Positions 57,528-64,000 of a DNA stretch of 64,000 bases are shown one piece after another (the first letter of the stretch is position 1; every line of letters starts with the position of its first letter). Source of the DNA: Patescibacteria group bacterium (GTDB lineage: Bacteria; Patescibacteriota; Minisyncoccia; Phycocordibacterales; JBHPGB01); the NCBI GenBank assembly GCA_042571085.1, contig JBHPGB010000001.1:3190-67189 (forward strand), written 5' to 3'. The notes beneath the pieces are model-generated. The model was given only the letters and a program-made list of their open reading frames with translations. It had not been told where the DNA came from and made no database searches. Both the position numbers and the translations under genes were made by a program.

Positions 57528-58715
57528 GTGACTACCAATAAACTTTATATGGAAAACCCTCTAAAAAATATTTTAAAAACAGGGACAGATTTTTTTAAAA
57601 AAGAAGACAGTGTTATCGGTATTGATATCGGCTCTTCTTTTTTAAAGGTTGTGCAGTTGAAAAAAAAGCACGGGAAGGCTGTACTAGAAACATACGGTGA
57701 GCTTGCTCTTGGTCCCTATGCTGGTTTAAGTGTTGGGCAAGCAACAAATCTTGATGTCCCTAAAATAGCTGAAGCTCTCGATGATCTGTTGAGAGAATCA
57801 AATGTTACTACAAAAAATAGCGCATTATCTATACCTCTGTCTTCGAGCTTGTTATCTATAATGGAAATGCCAGATCTTGATACTAAGCAGCTTGCAAAAA
57901 TGATTCCTGTTGAGGCGCGAAAATATATTCCTGTGCCAATAACAGAAGTAACGCTTGATTGGTGGATCGTACCTAAGACCCCACAGGCAATCGGTGTAGA
58001 AACAACAACAGAACCAGTCGTTATTCCCAAAAAAGAAAAAATAAAAACAAAGAGGGTTGGCAAGGTGGATGTTTTGGTTGTTGCGATACACAATGATGTT
58101 GTAAGTAAATATCAAGAAATTATAAAAGCGTCTGGGCTACAAAACTCATTTCTTGAGCTAGAGGTTTTTAGTACTACACGATCAACATTTGGTAGTCACG
58201 CAAGCCCAGTTATGATTTTAGATGTCGGGGCAGGTAGTACCAAAATAGCTGTTGTTGAATATGGAATAATAAAGAATCAGCACATCATAAATAAGGGGTC
58301 TCAAGATATAACAGTTGCTATTTCAAAGTCACTCGGTGTTGATATGAAAAGAGCCGAAGAATTAAAGAAAGAGGTTGGGCTCAAAGGATCTAACGAAGAT
58401 GAAATCAATAAAAAGGTCTCAGAAATCGCGCAGCTAACAACAGATCATGTGTTTTCAGAAGTAAGTCGAGTATTATTGTCATACCAGAGACAGCACAACA
58501 AAACCATAGGGCAAGTTATCTTATCAGGAGGAGGTGCGCTACTTAAAGGATTACACGAATTTGCTGTAGAGCGACTTGAAACAGAAGTGGTGTTTGCTGA
58601 TCCGTTTTCAAAAATTGATGCACCTGCATTTCTTGAGCCCGTATTAAAGGAGGCGGGTCCTGAGTTTGCGGTTTCTCTTGGTTTGGCTCTTAGAAAATTA
58701 CAGGAATTTGAATAG
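57528..58715 (+). CDS. pilM: Type IV pilus assembly ATPase-fold protein PilM
   Basis: Actin-like fold; VIGIDIGSSFLKVV N-terminus. Confidence 0.85.
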   Translation: MTTNKLYMENPLKNILKTGTDFFKKEDSVIGIDIGSSFLKVVQLKKKHGKAVLETYGELALGPYAGLSVGQATNLDVPKIAEALDDLLRESNVTTKNSALSIPLSSSLLSIMEMPDLDTKQLAKMIPVEARKYIPVPITEVTLDWWIVPKTPQAIGVETTTEPVVIPKKEKIKTKRVGKVDVLVVAIHNDVVSKYQEIIKASGLQNSFLELEVFSTTRSTFGSHASPVMILDVGAGSTKIAVVEYGIIKNQHIINKGSQDITVAISKSLGVDMKRAEELKKEVGLKGSNEDEINKKVSEIAQLTTDHVFSEVSRVLLSYQRQHNKTIGQVILSGGGALLKGLHEFAVERLETEVVFADPFSKIDAPAFLEPVLKEAGPEFAVSLGLALRKLQEFE

Positions 58716-58865
58716 TTGTTAAGTGGATAGTTGTTAAGTGGATAACATTCGTTGTTGTTTGCAGCTATTTAAAATATAATAATAGTGTAATAAACATTTT
58801 GAATTACGAACTTATTTTTTGTAATTCAAAATTATAAAATAATTTTTTATCTATAGTATCATTCT

Positions 58866-59456
58866 ATGCCCCTAGATCAGCCACAACAATCTTTCGTTCC
58901 AAAGAAACCAATCACAGCCCAGAGGAAAGTTAAAAAAGCTTCCGGGGGACTTTTTTTTGGTATTTCTCTTATAATATTTATTCTAGCAGCAGGATCAGCA
59001 GGCTCAGTGTATTTTTATGAATTGTATCTGGAGAAAAAGGTTGAAAATATGAGAACTTCACTAGAGCGTGCAAAAGAAGCATTTGAACCATCTTTAATTC
59101 TTGAATTGAAAAATCTGGATGCACGCATAAAGTCAGCTGAAAATATTTTAAATAATCACATAGCCTTCTCAGAATTTTTTACCTTATTGGAGAAAGATAC
59201 ATTAAAAACAGTTAGATTTAATAATTTTGATTATTCTGTTGATGGTACTGGAGAAATAAATATTCGTCTGAGCGGGGAGGCAAAGAGCTATTCATCAGTT
59301 GCTCTGCAGTCCGACATTTTTGGAGAAAGTAAGTTTATAAAAAATCCAATTTTTTCTGATTTGAGTTTAGATGATGGAGGGAATGTAACATTTAATGTTA
59401 CAGCGGATGTCGACCAAGAATTAGTTTTGTACAGCAAATCGTTAGATAAAAAGTAA
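58866..59456 (+). CDS. PilN-like pilus assembly protein (bitopic)
   Basis: Single N-terminal TM then periplasmic coiled coil; position after pilM. Confidence 0.55.
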   Translation: MPLDQPQQSFVPKKPITAQRKVKKASGGLFFGISLIIFILAAGSAGSVYFYELYLEKKVENMRTSLERAKEAFEPSLILELKNLDARIKSAENILNNHIAFSEFFTLLEKDTLKTVRFNNFDYSVDGTGEINIRLSGEAKSYSSVALQSDIFGESKFIKNPIFSDLSLDDGGNVTFNVTADVDQELVLYSKSLDKK

Positions 59457-59472
59457 ATCTTAAATTATTATT

Positions 59473-60006
59473 ATGAAAATCATATTACCATTATTTTTTC
59501 TTATTGCTTCCGGGGGCTTGTTTTGGGGTGTTGTAGATCCTTCGTATGCTGAAGTGCAAAAATTGCAAAAGGATGAAAAATTGTTTGATGATGCACTCGA
59601 TAATTCAAAAATGTTGCAACAAATGCGTGATGATTTACTTGCGCAGTATAATTCATTTCCTACAGCAGATTTAGAAAGATTAGAAAAAATATTACCTGGT
59701 CATGTAGATAATGTGCGTTTGGTTCGCGATATAGACGGTATTGCTATGAGGTATGGCATGTCTTTACGCGGAGTAAGTGTTGAAATGACAGAAGAAACAT
59801 CCGCAGATATTAATGTCGGCGATGAAAAATACGGATCAGTTATACTAACATTTTCAGTTACTGGACCATACAAAACATTCTTACGATTTTTGACAGATCT
59901 AGAAAAGAGCCTACGTATTGTTGATGTTGTGAGAGTAGCTTTTTCTTCATCAGAAAAAGATTTATATGAATATAACGTATCAATAAAAACATATTGGCTT
60001 AAGTAA
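59473..60006 (+). CDS. PilO-like pilus assembly protein
   Basis: N-terminal TM, coiled coil; gene order. Confidence 0.5.
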   Translation: MKIILPLFFLIASGGLFWGVVDPSYAEVQKLQKDEKLFDDALDNSKMLQQMRDDLLAQYNSFPTADLERLEKILPGHVDNVRLVRDIDGIAMRYGMSLRGVSVEMTEETSADINVGDEKYGSVILTFSVTGPYKTFLRFLTDLEKSLRIVDVVRVAFSSSEKDLYEYNVSIKTYWLK

Positions 60007-60017
60007 CAATCTTAAAT

Positions 60018-60323
60018 ATGGATATATCTAAATATAAAAAACCAATAATTACAATCGTGATAATAGTTGTTGCGTTTGTTGCTTACAATAACTTTTTAAA
60101 ACCAAACGGTGTTGGAAATGATCAGTTTATTGTGAGTAGTGCTGCCGCAGAATCTTTGGCTGACGGCAGAGAGGTCCTCTTGCTATTAGAGGATTTGCAA
60201 TCTATAAATTTAAACCCAGATTTTTTTGCGGGTAAGACTTTTGTAAGTTTGCAGGATTTCAGTATTCCACTGGATCCAGAACCATCAGGAAGGACAAATC
60301 CTTTTTCTCCTATAGGGGAATAG
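60018..60323 (+). CDS. Small bitopic protein in pilus cluster (PilP-like position)
   Basis: 101 aa with N-terminal TM. Confidence 0.4.
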   Translation: MDISKYKKPIITIVIIVVAFVAYNNFLKPNGVGNDQFIVSSAAAESLADGREVLLLLEDLQSINLNPDFFAGKTFVSLQDFSIPLDPEPSGRTNPFSPIGE

Positions 60324-60345
60324 TGTTCAAATTTCATAAATAAAA

Positions 60346-62097
60346 TTGGTCATGGCATTTTTAGATAATCTTGCTGACAAAGGAATAATAAAACAGGGTG
60401 ATGTTGAAAGCATTTCACGCAAATCAGAAAAAGAAGGTATCGGGATAGATGAGATATTGCAAGAGTCCGGGGTTAAGCCCGATGAAATGCTCCGTCTTAA
60501 AAGCGAATATTTCAACATTCCAGTAAAACCAGACGGAGAGATAGAAGTCTCTTTTTCCGTATTGGAGTACGTGCCAGAAGAATCTTCTGCATACTATAAA
60601 TTTATACCGCTTGGAGTTGAAGACGGTGTGCTTGAGGTTGGGGTATTGAATCCTGAGATAGAAGGATTGCGTGATGCTATAGGATTCATCGCGACAAAAT
60701 TAAATGTGCCGTACAAGATGTTTCTTATTTCTTCTGTGAGTTTTGACAAGGTGGCTGAACAGTATGGTGGACTAAAAGGAGAAGTAACAAAAGCGTTGTC
60801 AGAATTAGAAACAGAATTGGTAAGTGATAAGGACATGTTTTCCCCAAGAAAAATGGAAGATGTGTCCGCTGAAAAAGTTGTTGCAGACGCCAATGCGGGT
60901 AAAACACAAATCATAGAAGATGCACCAGTAACAAAAATTGTTGCTGTTATTTTGAGGCACGCTATTGAAGGTAGGGCATCAGATGTACATATTGAACCAA
61001 TGGCACAAAAGATACGCGTACGATTCCGTGTTGATGGTGTTATGTATACCAGCTTAACATTACCAATAAGTGTTTCTAATGCTGTTGTTGCTCGTATAAA
61101 AATCCTTACAAAAACAATGAAGCTGGATGAAAAACGTAAGCCGCAAGATGGTAGGTTTTCAGCACGTATAGAAGGTAGAAAAGTTGACTTCCGTGTGTCT
61201 ACATTTCCTACATACTATGGTGAAAAGGTTGTTATGCGTATTCTTGATCCTGAAAAAGGTGTAAAGGTACTTGAAAAACTTGGTATATCTGATGAGAATA
61301 CAGCAGCCATTAGAGAAGCGCTAGGGCGTCCATATGGCCTTATTCTTCTGACTGGACCTACTGGGTCTGGTAAGACAACCACTTTGTATTCTATGGTCAA
61401 CGAACTTGGGCGTGACGAAAAAAATGTAGTTTCTCTGGAAGACCCTGTTGAATACAATATTGAAGGAATGAGCCAATCACAAGTGCGTCCAGAGATTGGG
61501 TATACATTCGCAAGTGGTTTGAGAAGTATTTTGCGTCAGGACCCAGACGTTATTATGGTTGGTGAAATACGAGATAAAGAAACTGCTCAGCTTGCTATAC
61601 AAGCAGCTCTTACTGGACACTTGGTTTTAGCAACACTTCACACCAATAATGCTGCCGGCGTAATTCCACGTTTGGTTGATATGGGAGTTGACCCATTTCT
61701 TATTGCTCCGACGCTTATCCTTGCAATAGCACAGAGATTGGTTAGGAGATTGTGTGATGACTCAGGAAAGGCTGTGCCTGTTGCAGATTCCATAAAACTA
61801 ATCATTGATAAACAAATTGCCGATTTGCCAGAGGATAAAAAACAAGCATTTCTTTCTGCAAAAGAAGTATACGAGGCAGAACCAACAGCGACTTGTTCGA
61901 CAGGGACACGCGGAAGAATTGGTGTGTATGAAGTGTTGAAGATTGATAAAGACATAGAGAGGGCGATTCTTACAAACCCTGTTGAAGATGAAATATATAA
62001 GATTGCTCGTGACAAAGGGATGTTAACAATGAAAGAAGATGCATTTCTGAAAACGTTCAAAAAGGAAATACCTTTTGAAGATGTGAATAAATTGTAA
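60346..62097 (+). CDS. pilB: Type IV pilus assembly ATPase PilB (GspE family)
   Basis: Walker A LTGPTGSGKTTTLYS, Asp box, His box, C-terminal zinc Cys-less variant; 583 aa. Confidence 0.9.
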   Translation: MVMAFLDNLADKGIIKQGDVESISRKSEKEGIGIDEILQESGVKPDEMLRLKSEYFNIPVKPDGEIEVSFSVLEYVPEESSAYYKFIPLGVEDGVLEVGVLNPEIEGLRDAIGFIATKLNVPYKMFLISSVSFDKVAEQYGGLKGEVTKALSELETELVSDKDMFSPRKMEDVSAEKVVADANAGKTQIIEDAPVTKIVAVILRHAIEGRASDVHIEPMAQKIRVRFRVDGVMYTSLTLPISVSNAVVARIKILTKTMKLDEKRKPQDGRFSARIEGRKVDFRVSTFPTYYGEKVVMRILDPEKGVKVLEKLGISDENTAAIREALGRPYGLILLTGPTGSGKTTTLYSMVNELGRDEKNVVSLEDPVEYNIEGMSQSQVRPEIGYTFASGLRSILRQDPDVIMVGEIRDKETAQLAIQAALTGHLVLATLHTNNAAGVIPRLVDMGVDPFLIAPTLILAIAQRLVRRLCDDSGKAVPVADSIKLIIDKQIADLPEDKKQAFLSAKEVYEAEPTATCSTGTRGRIGVYEVLKIDKDIERAILTNPVEDEIYKIARDKGMLTMKEDAFLKTFKKEIPFEDVNKL

Positions 62098-62193
62098 GAC
62101 CCACTTGCTTCAAAAGTGTATAACTTTGAACTTAAGACATTAAATTTGGTATAATAGTCGTGTGAAAGAACAAGTTTTACAGACACTAATCTT

Positions 62194-62577
62194 ATGGAAG
62201 ATAAAAAATATAAAATTTTAATAGTAGATGATGATAGGTTTTTACTGGACATGTATCCGGTAAAATTTACTCAACTTGGTTTTGATGTGGCAACTTCTCT
62301 TGGAAGCGTGGATGCGCTTGCGAAATTGAGAGAAGGGTTTGTTCCTGATGTCATACTCACAGACCTTTTGATGCCAACAATGGACGGCTTTGAATTGTTG
62401 GAAAAAATTAAAGAAGAGAAGTTGGCCCAGGGTTCTAAAATAATTATCTTATCAAACAAAGGCGAGAGAACCGACATAGATAGAGGTATTGCACTTGGTG
62501 CAGATGGATACATTATCAAAGCAAGCGTCATTCCTTCTGAGGTGGTAGAGAAGGTAATGGAGGTTTTGAAAAAATAA
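62194..62577 (+). CDS. Response regulator receiver protein (PilH/CheY-like) within pilus cluster
   Basis: VDDD...DLLMP...K receiver signature. Confidence 0.8.
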   Translation: MEDKKYKILIVDDDRFLLDMYPVKFTQLGFDVATSLGSVDALAKLREGFVPDVILTDLLMPTMDGFELLEKIKEEKLAQGSKIIILSNKGERTDIDRGIALGADGYIIKASVIPSEVVEKVMEVLKK

Positions 62578-62630
62578 CATTTTAAATAATTGAAGAATTT
62601 TAATAGTATTTCGTTAAACAAAATTGGTAC

Positions 62631-63695
62631 ATGACTGATTACAAAAAAGAGCTAGAAGATTTAATACTTACGACGATTCAGCAAGGAGCATCAGACCTTC
62701 ATTTGTCTGTTGATCGTCATCCAACAATACGTGTTTCCGGAACGCTTATTCCACTTGTTAAAAAAGAAGCTCTTACAGACGAAAGTGTTTCTGGTTTGTT
62801 GTCAGGACTCTTAACAGAAGAGAAGATGCAGGAATTTCTTATAAAAAAAGAGATGGACTTTTCGTATGGTTTTGGAGAAGAGGCGCGTTTTCGTGGTAAT
62901 GCATTTTTTCAAAGTGGGCATATTGGAGTTGCTCTCCGTCTTATACCAAAAGAGATACGAACATTTGCCGAGCTTGGTTTGCCTGAAATTTTAACTGATT
63001 TCGCCAGAAGAAAACAGGGTTTCTTTTTGGTAGTTGGTCCTGTTGGACAAGGTAAGTCTACGACTCTTGCTGCTATTATTGATTTGATTAATAAAGAAAG
63101 GACAGAGCACATCGTAACGATTGAAGATCCTATTGAGTATATGTTTGAGCCAGATAAATCAATTATTGATCAGCGAGAAGTGCGCATTGATACAAAAGAT
63201 TTTGCCACCGCTCTTCGTAGTGCATTTAGGCAAGATATTGATGTGATGATGATTGGGGAGATGCGAGGAAAAGAAACAATATCAACGGCTGTAACAGCTG
63301 CTGAGACAGGTCACCTCGTGCTTTCTACTTTGCACACAAATAATGCCGCACAAACAATAGATCGAATCATTGATTCATTTCCTCCAGACGGACAAGATCA
63401 AATTAGGGTTCAGCTTGCTGGGAGTTTGCTAGGTATTTTTTCTCAAAGACTTATCCCACGCGTTTCAGGAGGAATGATACCTGCGTATGAATTGCTTATA
63501 AATAACAAAGCAGTTGCTAATCTAATACGAGAGGGAAGGACGCATGAAATTAATGTTGTTATAGAAACAGGTCTTGAACACGGCATGGTTGATATGAATA
63601 AATCACTTCTAGAGCTTGTTAGAGCCGGAGAAATAACACCAGAAGATGCGAGATTATACTCATCTAATCCAAAAGGGTTGGAAAGATTGATGTAA
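62631..63695 (+). CDS. pilT: Twitching-motility retraction ATPase PilT
   Basis: Walker A VVGPVGQGKSTTLAAII, AIRSAFRQDIDV, GHLVLSTLHTN motifs. Confidence 0.9.
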   Translation: MTDYKKELEDLILTTIQQGASDLHLSVDRHPTIRVSGTLIPLVKKEALTDESVSGLLSGLLTEEKMQEFLIKKEMDFSYGFGEEARFRGNAFFQSGHIGVALRLIPKEIRTFAELGLPEILTDFARRKQGFFLVVGPVGQGKSTTLAAIIDLINKERTEHIVTIEDPIEYMFEPDKSIIDQREVRIDTKDFATALRSAFRQDIDVMMIGEMRGKETISTAVTAAETGHLVLSTLHTNNAAQTIDRIIDSFPPDGQDQIRVQLAGSLLGIFSQRLIPRVSGGMIPAYELLINNKAVANLIREGRTHEINVVIETGLEHGMVDMNKSLLELVRAGEITPEDARLYSSNPKGLERLM

Positions 63696-63754
63696 AATTT
63701 CGCTCGCGGATTCTGTACCGAGCTTGCTCGATATAGAATCCGCGATTCGCGAAA

Positions 63755-63897
63755 TATTACCCGCCTAAGTTTTACGGAGGGGAACGAAGTAAAAATTTGG
63801 CGGGTGTAAGAAGTTTAAATTTAAATATATGAGTGCGGTGATGGTGATTACCCGCCAAACTTTCGGCAAATAAATTTACCGAAACTTAGGCGGGTGA
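63755..63897 (+). promoter_or_regulatory. Two tandem imperfect stem-loops (ACCCGCC..GGCGGGT arms) preceding a gene starting at 63987
   Basis: ACCCGCCtAAgTTTT...AAAaaTTTGGCGGGT and ACCCGCCAAACTTT...AAACTTAGGCGGGT; AAGGAG RBS at 63966. Confidence 0.35.
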
Positions 63898-64000
63898 TTA
63901 AAAACATAGTCGCTTCACTCCTTGTTTTTAATCATGCAATTTAAATATAAAGTAATAACAAAAGAAGGAGAAGAGAAAGAAGGTATGATAGACGCCGTTA

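Noticed and set aside
63755-63900. Possible CRISPR array (repeated ACCCGCC/GGCGGGT units)
   Set aside because: The units alternate in orientation (inverted, forming hairpins), there are only two pairs, and there are no regularly spaced direct repeats or cas genes; treated as leader stem-loops instead.

Overview
This is a low-GC (about 38-40%) bacterial chromosomal window. It shows strong signatures of a reduced Patescibacteria/CPR-like genome: the str-S10-spc ribosomal superoperon with S5 directly abutting L15 (no L30), a Zn-ribbon S14, SecY-Adk-Map, and a type IV pilus cluster with ComFC. The ribosomal superoperon is interrupted at three unusual points. A two-gene secreted GLUG-repeat module sits between fusA and tuf. 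A voltage-gated K+ channel gene plus a high-GC gammaproteobacterial-type dapD sit between rplB and rpsS. A two-gene hypothetical module sits between rplE and rpsZ. A second isolated high-GC, Pseudomonas-like gene (class I ilvC) lies at 37.8-38.9 kb. Other content: a 1211-aa secreted beta-helix/LCAT-like protein followed by a repeat-bounded cassette region of small proteins (30.3-36.5 kb); a wHTH-Nudix regulator with two tandem radical-SAM paralogs (44.3-46.8 kb); smpB next to an unusually long (about 545 nt) tmRNA candidate whose 3' end is duplicated in fragments; a tRNA(UAU) nested between halves of a pseudo-tRNA with perfect 19-bp inverted repeats; a tRNA-Ser(GCU) flanked by fragment scars; a three-copy conserved RNA-like element punctuating the r-protein operons; a CGGCTCA-palindrome repeat family; and a 33-bp motif shared upstream of ndk and comFC. 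No CRISPR array, transposase or integrase ORF was recognised. All calls are from reading the sequence and the ORF translations; no database search was run.
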